Of a stretch of 64,000 bases of DNA, positions 49,567 through 59,988 are shown piece by piece. The stretch lies in assembly GCA_020348925.1 (NCBI GenBank), contig CP070758.1, positions 2,743,688-2,807,687 of the forward strand. The letters are read 5' to 3'. Numbering within the stretch: position 1 is the stretch's first letter; the number at the start of each line of letters is the position of its first letter. The notes beneath the pieces were generated by a model. The model had not been told where the DNA came from. It did no database searches and saw nothing but the letters and a program-made list of their open reading frames with translations. The position numbers and the translations under genes are program-made. The DNA is from Gemmatimonadota bacterium. GTDB lineage: Bacteria > JBHIER01 > G020348925.

Positions 49567-51579
49567 TCATCTGCTTCCCAACATAAAACGGACAATCTGA
49601 ACAACATCAACAACATCTATGTTTCCGTCATTATCGTAATTGGCCCTCCAGAACTGATCTTGTGTGGGTTCAAACAGCCCGAGAATAATATTGATGACGA
49701 GAAGTACATCCTGAATATCTATCTCACCATCCTCATTGATATCCCCTTTTACTCTTTCGACGGGCAAGGGAATCGTAGAAGCCCAGTGAGTGGCATCTTC
49801 CCCATTTACCCCCCTGGGTAAAGGATCCATCGAAAGGGATAGTTCGTTGTCGTTCAGATTCCGATCCGTTCGGATGAACATTTTCCAGCCATTATGAAGA
49901 AAAAATATATCCATAACTACAACCCGATAACCATTTTGATACAGACGAATCGACTCCGTATTGACTGTTGAGGTATCTATTTCATCGGAAAAATAAAGGA
50001 TCAGTTGATCGCCATCGATTTTATGACGGACAATGCGCGGTTTTTCATCGTACGCGTCTCCACTAACAGGTGGTTCCAGGTACCGAAAGGGCGGCCCCTC
50101 AACCAGATGATCGCCCTCGTAGGCACCGATATCCGGGGCACTTCCCTCATAGGATTGTACCCAGTCGAACTCCGGGAACGCCAAGACGGTGCCAGCGTCG
50201 ATACACGGGCTTCCGGATTTCAATTTGAGATCATTACCCAAGCCGTCGATAAAAAGCAGTTCGGTAATAATTCCATGCTGCTCCTGATCGTGATTGACGA
50301 TGTTGTCCGGCCAGGTGAGATTGACGGCATCGTGATCGAATGCAAAAGAATCGTGCCAGTCCGTCAGTCCCATTTCACCTGACATCGATTGAGAAGAGAA
50401 GAATTCGTAAGCGTTGTTGAAATGTTTCATGAGCCGGTTTGTGGCTTCACCTTCCCTGAATGCCGTGGCGTAAGTGTAGAAACTGTTGTTGAACGCATAG
50501 CAGGGTTCCGTGAGAACACTCGGCCCTTTAAACTTCCAGATACCCCTGAGATCGTCAGGATATCCTCCCTCGTAGTGGAGACCCATCTCGGGATCGAGCT
50601 CTTGGGATTGGACATTCCCGTAAATGTAAATGGGCCCCCCCCGGCAATCATCGATGGAGAAGGATTTATACGAGTTGTACATGACATTGTGATAGAAATG
50701 GATATTCCAGGCGTAAGACTCCGGCTCGAACGCATTATCCCTGACGTTGATAAAAACGTTGTCATAGATCTCGACATTCCCGTCTTCCTGCCACGTGCTT
50801 GGCTTCGTCCGGAATCCGTTAAAACAGTTCTTCAAAACGCAGCCTCGCATGATGAGCGATCCCCCGCTCTCTTTGGGATGCAGCAGAGCCCCGTTGAAGT
50901 GATCCAGGGGAGCCACGCCTGCAGGATCGCCGCCGACACCATGATGTAAGGATGCCCAGTCCCAGGTATCAAACACTCTCGGATCCTGTTCCCAATAGCA
51001 GTTCTCAACGAGGACATGGTGTGAACCATCCCTGGGATAGACCGATCTTTTGCCGCATCGAATATCGCAACCGGTCACCGTGATATATTGTGATGAACGG
51101 ATCACGACCGTATGGGCCCAGCAGTTCTGAAACTTAATGTTCTTCAATGTGATCCATCTGCTATTTCGAATTTCGAAACCATAATTCGACAGATCTATAG
51201 CATTAGGACCACTGGTGGTTATGCCATCAACCAACTCCACACCACCATCGATAACGGCATACGATCCAGGATCAGGTGAATCACTCATGATGACCAGAGA
51301 TTTCTCCGCTTCGCCATAGTAATTCCGAATCTCTGTTTTACCAAGGTAGATCCCGGGAAGCAGACGAATCTCATCTCCGGAATCAGCCATGTTTATGGCC
51401 GCTGAAATTGTTTCCTTGGGATCATCCCTGGTTAACCCGGAATTGGCGTTGTTTCCGGTGGGAGATACGAAAATGTTTTTGGCGTACACATCGGAGGATA
51501 TATTTGCCCAGATGGCAACACCCAAAATGAGAAACAGAATAAGATTTCTTTTATAGTACGATTTCATGATCATCTCCAT
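49567..51579 (-). CDS. Secreted right-handed parallel beta-helix protein (putative polysaccharide lyase) with C-terminal dockerin
   Basis: FVSPTGNNANSG...PKETISAAI...GDEIRLLPGIY; Asn-ladder repeats; LKSGSPCIDAG...APDIGAYE; GDINEDGEIDIQDV...RANYDNDGNIDVVDVV. Confidence 0.8.
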   Translation of the reverse strand: MEMIMKSYYKRNLILFLILGVAIWANISSDVYAKNIFVSPTGNNANSGLTRDDPKETISAAINMADSGDEIRLLPGIYLGKTEIRNYYGEAEKSLVIMSDSPDPGSYAVIDGGVELVDGITTSGPNAIDLSNYGFEIRNSRWITLKNIKFQNCWAHTVVIRSSQYITVTGCDIRCGKRSVYPRDGSHHVLVENCYWEQDPRVFDTWDWASLHHGVGGDPAGVAPLDHFNGALLHPKESGGSLIMRGCVLKNCFNGFRTKPSTWQEDGNVEIYDNVFINVRDNAFEPESYAWNIHFYHNVMYNSYKSFSIDDCRGGPIYIYGNVQSQELDPEMGLHYEGGYPDDLRGIWKFKGPSVLTEPCYAFNNSFYTYATAFREGEATNRLMKHFNNAYEFFSSQSMSGEMGLTDWHDSFAFDHDAVNLTWPDNIVNHDQEQHGIITELLFIDGLGNDLKLKSGSPCIDAGTVLAFPEFDWVQSYEGSAPDIGAYEGDHLVEGPPFRYLEPPVSGDAYDEKPRIVRHKIDGDQLILYFSDEIDTSTVNTESIRLYQNGYRVVVMDIFFLHNGWKMFIRTDRNLNDNELSLSMDPLPRGVNGEDATHWASTIPLPVERVKGDINEDGEIDIQDVLLVINIILGLFEPTQDQFWRANYDNDGNIDVVDVVQIVRFMLGSR

Positions 51580-51582
51580 TTT

Positions 51583-53295
51583 TTACGATCCAACCTCAGC
51601 CAGAAACACCATCAGTGCGATAAGAAAAATAACAAGACAAACTGCCGCCATGTATCCCAGTATGTCGATACGGTACCGCCTCCATGAGAATCTCTTGGGC
51701 AAGCTCAACAGATCAACTATGAGTAAACCTTGATCCACACCTTTATCCGATAATAGCCGTTCCATAAACGTTTTCCTCTGCTTCTCTCCAGAGGCAGATT
51801 CCGACATACCCTCCAGCATGATGTCGACGTTCTCGTCCTTCAACCGCTGCTCTTTGCCCACCGGTGTATCGAGAAGCGTATAAAACTTCCTGAGCTGTTC
51901 TTCCGGTTCTCTCTTTGTTACAAGACTGAAGAGTATCATAACGATAATACCGACAGGAATGTAGAGGGCGATCTGGTTGGCCAGGGGCCAATCCAGAACG
52001 TGACCGGTGTACACAGCCACGGTTGCCATGGATAGTGCACTGAAGAAGGCACCGTATCGATTCGCCCGCCTCCACATGACACCGAACCAGAAAGCGATAC
52101 CGAGATAGGCCGTCACCTTCCACACTTCGATGAGGCCTCCGATGACGCTGGGGAAAAGAAATGCGAAGAAAACACCGCCCGCAACACTGACGGCCGACGA
52201 AATTCGGGCAACTCTGAGGGTTTTCCGGTCCGACGCCTTGGGATTGATATATCGCAGATATACATTTCGGGTGAAGAGGGCGGAGGCATGAACCATAAAC
52301 GCATCACAGGTAGACATAACGGCTGCAGTCATGGCCGCAATCATGAGACCGACAAAGCCAATGGGCAGCAGGTTTTTGGCAGCCACACCAAAAGCAAGTT
52401 CACGTCCTTCGAAACCTAACCCGGGATATAAAAAGGCAGCAAAGACTCCGGTAAAGGCCCAGCCCATGGTGGCCAGCCGCTTGATAAAATTACCGTACGT
52501 CCAGCCGGTCCGGCAGGCAATCTCATTTTTGCCAGATCCTCCGATGGCCATATGATGAGGTTGGACGACAATACCCACCAGGCCGTTGATTACGATCATG
52601 ACGATGAAAAAGAGCGTCACTTCGTGGGGCGCCACCAGGCTGAACATGTGTTCCGGCAATCCCTGGTGAACGGCACCGATGCCGCCCGCAGCATTCAGGG
52701 CAAAGGGAATTAGAAGGAATGATAGGACCAGGATGAGAACCCCCTGGATAAGATCTGTTACCACAGCAGCAACAAGACCTCCGGCCAAGCCGTAGATGAC
52801 GAAGAGAATAGTGGCGACGATGATGGTTGGGCCTTCCGGCATGGCACCGCCGGTGAGTCCCTCGATGGTCACTGCCGTCCCCTTCAACATAATTCCAATA
52901 TCCATACAGAAAAACATTACTCCAATAAAGGTATAGAGCATTGCCAGACCATTACCGTATCTTTCCTGAAAAAAGTCGGACATGGTGACGTATCTGAGCC
53001 GCCGGTATATGGGGGCAATGATCCAGAAAAAGGGTGTTGAAAACATCCAGACCCACTGGTACCAGATACCAGCCAATCCTGTAGTGTACGATGCTCCTGC
53101 GACAGAAACGGGCTGGTCGGTGTGGGTCCCCGCACCGAAAGCCTGGGCAATCATCAGAACTTTACCGAATCCACGGTTGCCCATGAAGAAGTCGCCGGAA
53201 GATTTAATTTTTTTCCTGGTCCAGACACCGACGGCCGTAATACCAATGAAATAGGCCAATAGGACAATAAAATCAAATATGGATATGCCAAACAT
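51583..53295 (-). CDS. Sodium:solute symporter (SSS) family transporter
   Basis: DFFMGNRGFGK; GLAGIWYQW; YGLAGGLVAAVVTDLIQG; AAVMST. Confidence 0.92.
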   Translation of the reverse strand: MFGISIFDFIVLLAYFIGITAVGVWTRKKIKSSGDFFMGNRGFGKVLMIAQAFGAGTHTDQPVSVAGASYTTGLAGIWYQWVWMFSTPFFWIIAPIYRRLRYVTMSDFFQERYGNGLAMLYTFIGVMFFCMDIGIMLKGTAVTIEGLTGGAMPEGPTIIVATILFVIYGLAGGLVAAVVTDLIQGVLILVLSFLLIPFALNAAGGIGAVHQGLPEHMFSLVAPHEVTLFFIVMIVINGLVGIVVQPHHMAIGGSGKNEIACRTGWTYGNFIKRLATMGWAFTGVFAAFLYPGLGFEGRELAFGVAAKNLLPIGFVGLMIAAMTAAVMSTCDAFMVHASALFTRNVYLRYINPKASDRKTLRVARISSAVSVAGGVFFAFLFPSVIGGLIEVWKVTAYLGIAFWFGVMWRRANRYGAFFSALSMATVAVYTGHVLDWPLANQIALYIPVGIIVMILFSLVTKREPEEQLRKFYTLLDTPVGKEQRLKDENVDIMLEGMSESASGEKQRKTFMERLLSDKGVDQGLLIVDLLSLPKRFSWRRYRIDILGYMAAVCLVIFLIALMVFLAEVGS

Positions 53296-53319
53296 CGGAC
53301 GTCATAATCCTTTCATATT

Positions 53320-53841
53320 TCAAGTCTCATTTGATAATAACTGATTAGTTATAAGGGACCATGTCAGGGTGTCGCCACTCACGGGCACACCGTCAGTTTC
53401 ACCAGGAGAAACGAAATCCAGGGTTCCGTCGTAGTGCATATCATAGTAAAAACGATAGTGGGTTCGGCTGTCACCTTCAACCCGGGCATTATCGAGAGGA
53501 TGCTCTGTCGACTGAGTCGGATCATAGCTCGGTCCATAGTATACGCTGAAATCGCTAACGTGAAAAGAGATTCCGATGGCATACTCGATATGCCTTTCAC
53601 CCGGTTCCGGATTATTGGGATATTCCGTGACCGGATGGTAGGTCCATACCGGCCAGCGCATCTGGCCGTCGGCAATGCAATTGCATTTATTCTGCGTCGT
53701 CACCAGTTTCCCCACACCGAATTTCCCCCAGCGCATATAATCCCGCGGTACCAGGCGCTGTCCAAATGAAGATCGATTGAACAAAAAGAGTGTCAGTAGT
53801 GAAAGGATGATAATAAGCCTTATTCTCCTGAAAATGTACAT
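53320..53841 (-). CDS. Hypothetical secreted protein, possibly a truncated remnant
   Basis: Signal peptide (MYIFRRIRLIIILSLLTLFLF); co-oriented between operon genes; no recognisable catalytic motif. Confidence 0.5.
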   Translation of the reverse strand: MYIFRRIRLIIILSLLTLFLFNRSSFGQRLVPRDYMRWGKFGVGKLVTTQNKCNCIADGQMRWPVWTYHPVTEYPNNPEPGERHIEYAIGISFHVSDFSVYYGPSYDPTQSTEHPLDNARVEGDSRTHYRFYYDMHYDGTLDFVSPGETDGVPVSGDTLTWSLITNQLLSNET

Positions 53842-53866
53842 GCGACACCACCTTCTCGCATATTCA

Positions 53867-55855
53867 TTATTCAGATTTGTTTGGTAATTCAAAAGCACAT
53901 GAAGCCCCTTTGCGTATGTAAACGGGAAATTTTGCCAATGGTACTGCTTCCATCAATATCCTTGGTCCCCGAATAATTCGGTCTCTATTCCAAAAATCGA
54001 TCCACTCTCCCTGTGGGAAGTAAACTTCACGTTCCGTGGCATTACTGATCATACAGGCAACGAGTAGTTCATCACCAAACATGTACTGATAATTGCGTCT
54101 ATGTACTTCCGGATCATCGGGCCATTCCCAGGCCAGATGGCGAACCATTGGGTATCCCTTTTCGTGGGCGATTCGGGCTTGTTCCAGGATATATGGTATC
54201 ATATTCATTCGCAGCTTTGCGAAGTACCGATATATATCCACCGTTTCTTCATCCCAAGAGAAGGGCGCGTCCCAGCGATTTCCCTTACCGACCATTTGCA
54301 TCAATGGGCTGAAGGTGCCTTGCTGTGCCCAGCGGATGAAGCAGGTCTTTGTACATTCATTCCCATACCCGCCGATATCCGATCCCCAGAATGCAAATCC
54401 TGTGAGGCCCGCTGCTGATTGGGCGCGGATAATAGCTGGTAGTCCTTTATCAAGACTGAAATCGCTTTCAAGATCACCCGGCCATTTCATCGTCCAGGAT
54501 TGTGTGCCGGCCCAACCTGCTCGAGGCGTAAATTGGAAATCCTTTCCACGGACTTCCTGCAAGGCCTCCGCATATGTTTTGACCAGAAGATACGAGTGAT
54601 AATTGTGCATCTCAGCCGGATCTCTCCCACTGGGAGGTGTCACATTCATGGGGTACTTCTGTCCCCTATCCAGTTTCATTCCATCGATCCCCAGGTTCAA
54701 AGCGTTCTTGATAATGCTCTTGAACCACACCCGCGCCTCGGGATTTGCCAGATCGATGAGATGACGGTTCAAATGCTGCTCATCATTCTGAATACCAAAA
54801 CCCCCGACAAGATAACCATTATCCAACGCCTCTTGATAATAGCGTGAATCCGGAGTAAGAAAATCACAGCCCCAGACCATGACCCGAACTCCCAAGTCAT
54901 GCAACTGCTGAATTCGATGTTCCGCATCCGGATATCGCTCTTCGTCGAAAATAAAATCATCACTTCCATAATCACCCTGCATCCAGGGCCGGTCAAGCCA
55001 GACCACGCCGAGGGGAATATTATGGTCCCTATGACCCTGAACATCTTGAAAGACATCATCCCACGTTCCCTCATCCCGCCACTTCTGTGGCAAAAATGCC
55101 CAATCAGGTGGTAGTACGGGATAGCCGGTTAAATCAAGATACTGGGGAAGAACGTCCCTCATTGTGTTTCCAATCCATATATGCATGGACAGATTCGGTG
55201 CTGGAAAATTTATTTCTATGTATGAGGAATCTGACGTTCCAAAATCAAAGTATCCCATATAGCCACTATCCACAAAAATACCATAACCTTTGGTGGACAT
55301 GAAAAACGGTACATAATTGCACTCATCGGGTGTCCCTTGCCGATTCAACATCTCGACTTTACAGCCCTTCAAGTCAATAGATTCCGTATACCATAGATCT
55401 CCAAGTCCGTAAAAATGCTCATTTTTATCCTGAGTTAAGTCGAATGTTATCTCCTCGGCTTTTCCAGGAGGAGGTAACAATTCGACACATATATGCTGTT
55501 TTGCATCCATAGTAACACTTAACTGTCCGAATGTATCATCAGCCGAAACAAGATCGGCCCAAAATCCCTGAAAGCGCCTGTGAATCCGAATTGCTCGAAT
55601 AAATGGGATCTTTTTCCCATCGATCGTATAGAACACAAACCGACCATCAGTACTCTCAAACCTTGGTTCTTCGTCAGATAAGATCTTCAGCGACAAAGGA
55701 TCTGATATAAATTCCACCTGAACTGACCGCCCACTGATGACTGCTTTTCCAGACCAAATATCCACTGAAACAGGCTCGATGGACTCTGTTGGAGCCATTG
55801 ATACAACAAAGAAAATCATAAAAGAAACATATGGGGCAATGCGTCTCAATTTCAT
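53867..55855 (-). CDS. Secreted GH31 alpha-glycosidase
   Basis: FYGLGD; YVPFFMSTKGYG; IDLANPEARVWF; GMKLDRGQ; WPGDL; FWGSDIGGY; QYMFGDELLVA. Confidence 0.92.
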   Translation of the reverse strand: MKLRRIAPYVSFMIFFVVSMAPTESIEPVSVDIWSGKAVISGRSVQVEFISDPLSLKILSDEEPRFESTDGRFVFYTIDGKKIPFIRAIRIHRRFQGFWADLVSADDTFGQLSVTMDAKQHICVELLPPPGKAEEITFDLTQDKNEHFYGLGDLWYTESIDLKGCKVEMLNRQGTPDECNYVPFFMSTKGYGIFVDSGYMGYFDFGTSDSSYIEINFPAPNLSMHIWIGNTMRDVLPQYLDLTGYPVLPPDWAFLPQKWRDEGTWDDVFQDVQGHRDHNIPLGVVWLDRPWMQGDYGSDDFIFDEERYPDAEHRIQQLHDLGVRVMVWGCDFLTPDSRYYQEALDNGYLVGGFGIQNDEQHLNRHLIDLANPEARVWFKSIIKNALNLGIDGMKLDRGQKYPMNVTPPSGRDPAEMHNYHSYLLVKTYAEALQEVRGKDFQFTPRAGWAGTQSWTMKWPGDLESDFSLDKGLPAIIRAQSAAGLTGFAFWGSDIGGYGNECTKTCFIRWAQQGTFSPLMQMVGKGNRWDAPFSWDEETVDIYRYFAKLRMNMIPYILEQARIAHEKGYPMVRHLAWEWPDDPEVHRRNYQYMFGDELLVACMISNATEREVYFPQGEWIDFWNRDRIIRGPRILMEAVPLAKFPVYIRKGASCAFELPNKSE

Positions 55856-55875
55856 GCTTTTTCTCAACATTTCAT

Positions 55876-57279
55876 CTATTGCCCTTCCCATCTCGTTGTC
55901 GGCCAGTGTTCAGAATCAGTATGAGCCATAGCAAATACGGTTTCTATCTGCTTAACAACATCGGGATAACGATCTGCGATATTGTGTTCCTCACCGATGT
56001 CGGTCTTCAGATCATAGAGTTCCGTCGATTCATTTTTCATGGTGAAACGTACGGCTTTCCAGTCTCCCATGCGAACAGCCTGTCTGAATCCCCCTTGGAG
56101 AATTTCCCAGTAGAGGTACTCATGCTCCTTCACGCTTTTGCCGAAGAAAACGGGTGCTATTGACACACCGTCAATATCATCCGGTGGTATGACTCCTGCG
56201 AGTTCAGCACAGGTCGGCAGAACATCCCAGAAGGCCCACACATGATCGCTTACCGTTCCGGCCTGAATCGTTCCCGGCCACCAGGCTAAAGTGGGAACTC
56301 GAATTCCGCCCTCGTAGAGGTCTCTCTTGATTCCTCGCAGTGGTCCATTGCTGTTGAAAAAGTCGGGATCATTTCCATCCTCTTTGTGAGGACCGTTGTC
56401 GCTGGAGAAGATAACGAGCGTGTTGGACTCAAGTTTCAGCGATGTGAGCAGGTCCAATACTTTTCCAACACTGTGGTCCATTCGGGTGATGAGGGTCGCG
56501 TGATGCTTTTGATAGTCGGGCCATTCCTTTTCAGCGTAGATCGAATCGTGGGGAAGCCTTGTCCCGTCCGGCATATTTCCGCTTTGAGCATGAGGAATCT
56601 GATATGAAAGAAAAAGAAAGAAGGGCTTACTCCTGTTCTGTTCAATGAATTCCAAGGCTCTGTCGGTATAATAGTCGTGTATAAAATACGGGGGTTGAGT
56701 AAAAGCCGCCTCTTCATTGTGCCAGTAAGGATTAGGCGTGTCTTTTGGACTGCCATATTCAACAAGTAACTTGCCGAAAAACTCATCAAATCCGTGTCGC
56801 GTAGGGAAATCCTTCACGTTTTTCTTAACCAGTCCCCATTTGCCGAATATCCCGGTCACATATCCAGCCTGTTTCAGAACTTCAGCGATGGTGACATCCT
56901 CCACGGCCAGAGAAATTCGCTTCTTCATGGAGTCCGGCGCACCGATCCCCATGTGCGATTTATTGTCACGAACCGTCGTATGTCCGGTATGTTTTCCTGT
57001 GAGAAGTGAACACCGCGATGGCGCGCAGACCGTTGAGCCGGAGTAGGCCTGGGTGAAGCGAATTCCCTCTTCCGCCAGAGTATCCAGACGAGGCGTCTGG
57101 ATCATCGTCTGTCCGCAGCAGCCAAGATCACCGTAACCCAGGTCATCGGCTAGGATGAAAACGACATTCGGTTTCTTCTTTTTTTGAGAGCAATTCAATC
57201 CTGGCAGCGTGAATGCCACTGTTCCTGCTGCCCCTATACTTAATTTCTTTAAGAATTCTCGACGGTCTATCGTGAGCAT
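55876..57279 (-). CDS. Cys-type S1 arylsulfatase with Tat signal
   Basis: DRREFLK; FILADDLGYGD; CAPSRCSLLTG; SDNG; LYEGGIRVP. Confidence 0.95.
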   Translation of the reverse strand: MLTIDRREFLKKLSIGAAGTVAFTLPGLNCSQKKKKPNVVFILADDLGYGDLGCCGQTMIQTPRLDTLAEEGIRFTQAYSGSTVCAPSRCSLLTGKHTGHTTVRDNKSHMGIGAPDSMKKRISLAVEDVTIAEVLKQAGYVTGIFGKWGLVKKNVKDFPTRHGFDEFFGKLLVEYGSPKDTPNPYWHNEEAAFTQPPYFIHDYYTDRALEFIEQNRSKPFFLFLSYQIPHAQSGNMPDGTRLPHDSIYAEKEWPDYQKHHATLITRMDHSVGKVLDLLTSLKLESNTLVIFSSDNGPHKEDGNDPDFFNSNGPLRGIKRDLYEGGIRVPTLAWWPGTIQAGTVSDHVWAFWDVLPTCAELAGVIPPDDIDGVSIAPVFFGKSVKEHEYLYWEILQGGFRQAVRMGDWKAVRFTMKNESTELYDLKTDIGEEHNIADRYPDVVKQIETVFAMAHTDSEHWPTTRWEGQ

Positions 57280-57291
57280 TTGATCGTCTCC

Positions 57292-58449
57292 TTACGCGAC
57301 GGTGCAATCTAACGATGAAGAATGCTGACGCTTCCACTCTTCGGCCAACCACTGGAACCAGTTATCCGCATGTTCGAAAAACATCCTGTAGGCATCACAG
57401 AGGTAGTTTACATTACCAATTCTTTCTTTAACGCACCCACCCCAACAATATTTCAACCATCGACAGTCTCTGCACGATTCGGGATGGTCTTTTTTCATCA
57501 AGCCAAATTCATTTTGCCGATCGGAATTCAACATCTCACTAATACTGCCTTCCATAACGTTGCCGAGTTTCCAGTTGGATTCAACAAAAAAGTCACTTGA
57601 GTAAACATCTCCAGTGTACTCCACAACCACATAAATACCACAGACAGGAAGGAGAGTACATTCCGGCGGTTCCAGATCGACATAGTTGTAAAGAACGGAA
57701 TCGAAGAAGCGGATTGATGTCGTGGGTACACCATCGGCAAAATCGTCAATCCAAAGATCGAACATAGAGCACAGAAAACGGCCGTATTCCTCCGGTGGCA
57801 CGGCAAAGGGTGCCATTCGAAATGGATCCTGTGAATGTATCTCCACGCATGGAATAAATTGCATGTAGCTCAACCCTAACTCCTTTTGAAACTCATAGAT
57901 CTCCTGAGGAAAACGCACCGAGTAATCAGTGACGACTGTGAGTGCATTGATCGCTACCCCCCCATCGAGCATTCGTTTCGCGGAATCGACAACACGCGAC
58001 CATGACCCTCGACCGCTTTTCATGAACCGATAGTGATCGTGGATGTGTTCTGGGCCATCCAATGAAAGTCCTACCAGGAAATTATACTCTCGAAGAAATT
58101 TTGTCCATAAATCATCGATGAGAATCCCGTTGGTCTGGAGCCCGTTCCCAACAGTCTGCCCGCGCCCGTATTTTTTTTGGAACGCAACAGCCTTTTCAAA
58201 AAAAGGAAGTCCCATGAGTGTTGGTTCACCGCCCTGCCAGCCAAAGGAAACATTCTCCCGCGCCTTGGTCATGACCCGCCGGATGGTTTCCTCCAAAATG
58301 GTGTCACTCATTCGATGAACCTTCGTCTCCGGAAACACATCGGCCTTCTTCAGATAGAAACAGTATTCACAGTCCATGTTGCAATCCGGCCCTGCTGGTT
58401 TTATGAGAATCGAACTCAATTCTTTCAGTCGGGATTTCATCATTTTCAA
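57292..58449 (-). CDS. Anaerobic sulfatase-maturating radical SAM/SPASM enzyme (anSME; AslB/ChuR family)
   Basis: KPAGPDCNMDCEYCFY; WQGGEPTL; LQTNG; SLDGPEHIHD; MQFIP; SPASM CRDCRWLKYCWGGC...NYLC. Confidence 0.95.
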   Translation of the reverse strand: MKMMKSRLKELSSILIKPAGPDCNMDCEYCFYLKKADVFPETKVHRMSDTILEETIRRVMTKARENVSFGWQGGEPTLMGLPFFEKAVAFQKKYGRGQTVGNGLQTNGILIDDLWTKFLREYNFLVGLSLDGPEHIHDHYRFMKSGRGSWSRVVDSAKRMLDGGVAINALTVVTDYSVRFPQEIYEFQKELGLSYMQFIPCVEIHSQDPFRMAPFAVPPEEYGRFLCSMFDLWIDDFADGVPTTSIRFFDSVLYNYVDLEPPECTLLPVCGIYVVVEYTGDVYSSDFFVESNWKLGNVMEGSISEMLNSDRQNEFGLMKKDHPESCRDCRWLKYCWGGCVKERIGNVNYLCDAYRMFFEHADNWFQWLAEEWKRQHSSSLDCTVA

Positions 58450-59906
58450 TGACTCTGATAATCCTCAACTTCAAGCCAGGGATCATCTGTATTCGTGCGC
58501 ATTTTTGTTAGTCTGTTTCTCAGTTCAATAAGAATCTCAGAAGAATGAGAGTCGGTAGAGAGATTGTTGACCTCATGGGGATCCCGCTCGATATCATAAA
58601 GCTCCTCTTTCGGCCTTTTAAGATATGTCTCGACCCGCCGCGCTCCCATCCATTCCAACTTCCGATCGACAATCCCCTGCCATGTCTTCGAAGCGATCAG
58701 ATCAGAAGCACCTGGAAATTCCAGCTCGGGAAAAAGATTGAGTATATATTTATATCGACTTGTGCGAAGAGCACGCATGGGATAATTCATCGTCACCTGA
58801 TGAAATGAGTGGGAGAAATAGACTTCATCCCATCCTTGGGGATTCCTCTCATCCAGAATCGACAGGAATGATCTTCCCGGCAAAGGATATTCCGGTCTGG
58901 ACACACCTGTCCATTCCAGAACAGTCGGAAGTAGATCGATAAAACTGATCACAGCTGCACTGACATACCTCCTCTTCACTCCAGGGAAACGAATGATTAG
59001 AGGTACTCGAACGCCTGCATCGTACAGATTTGTTTTTGCACCGGGAAATGGAATCCCATTATCGCTCAGGTAAAGGATCAGTGTGCTTTCATACTGCCCT
59101 GAGTTTTGGAGTTCTTTCAGAACCATCCCTACTCCTGTATCCAAGCGTGTTATGCTTTCGTACATGTCAGCCAATTCCTCACGGACTTCCGGTATGTCAG
59201 GGAGAAAGTCTGGCACAATGACATCGCCTGGATCATATGATCTCGGTACGATACCAGGATAAGTCTGCTTGTTCCCAAAGTCTTTTCTTTTCAGACGATG
59301 CGGATCTGAATAACCGATAAGAAGGAAAAAAGGCTGCTGTGTTTTCTGTCTAAAAAACTCACCTGCCTTCTCCGCCATCTTGCTGACGTCCCGATTCTCC
59401 ATGATCTCTTCAGAGGAGATTTCATAATCGAAATGAAATAGTGAATGTGGTTCAACGTGCAATTTTCCGATGAGGCCGGTTCGATATTTAGCCCGCTTGA
59501 GTAACGTCGGCATTGTTTCCACCCAATCGAACATAGAAAAATGATGCTGCCTGTGAGCAAGTCCATATTGACCATTCTGGTGCGGATAAAGGCCGGTCAG
59601 TAGTGAGGATCGACTGGGACTGCATGAGGCAGCTGTCGTAAAGGCATGCGTAAAACGGACACCTTCGTCCGCCAGTCGATCTATGTTAGGGGTCTGTATT
59701 ATGGTATTCCCATAACAACCTGTCTGATCGATTCCATGATCGTCGGATATGAGCAACAGTATATTCCGTTCTGACATCGCCTCGGAGCGCAACTTCCCCG
59801 TAGAAAAGAAAGCCTGACCTGACGGAAGGAGACTTGCCATCAATGTGGTACCGCCGATTGACAGTGTTTTTTGCAGAAATGAACGACGAGTCAGGTGCTT
59901 TTTCAT
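58446..59906 (-). CDS. Cys-type S1 sulfatase resembling N-sulfoglucosamine sulfohydrolase (sulfamidase), Tat signal
   Basis: TRRSFLQ; LISDDHG; CSPSRSSLLTGLYPHQNGQYGL; GKLHV; DPHR; SDNGIPFPGAKTNLY; SHSFHQVTMNYPMR. Confidence 0.9.
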   Translation of the reverse strand: MKKHLTRRSFLQKTLSIGGTTLMASLLPSGQAFFSTGKLRSEAMSERNILLLISDDHGIDQTGCYGNTIIQTPNIDRLADEGVRFTHAFTTAASCSPSRSSLLTGLYPHQNGQYGLAHRQHHFSMFDWVETMPTLLKRAKYRTGLIGKLHVEPHSLFHFDYEISSEEIMENRDVSKMAEKAGEFFRQKTQQPFFLLIGYSDPHRLKRKDFGNKQTYPGIVPRSYDPGDVIVPDFLPDIPEVREELADMYESITRLDTGVGMVLKELQNSGQYESTLILYLSDNGIPFPGAKTNLYDAGVRVPLIIRFPGVKRRYVSAAVISFIDLLPTVLEWTGVSRPEYPLPGRSFLSILDERNPQGWDEVYFSHSFHQVTMNYPMRALRTSRYKYILNLFPELEFPGASDLIASKTWQGIVDRKLEWMGARRVETYLKRPKEELYDIERDPHEVNNLSTDSHSSEILIELRNRLTKMRTNTDDPWLEVEDYQSH

Positions 59907-59988
59907 CAGTCTTGTCTCATTATAGTTACAATTTATCTATTCTGCTGTATATACTTCCTGTTATTCAGGTCAAGTACCGGAATGACAT

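Noticed and set aside
25053-51579. Calling a true cellulosome
   Set aside because: No cohesin or scaffoldin is visible in the window; dockerins alone are insufficient.
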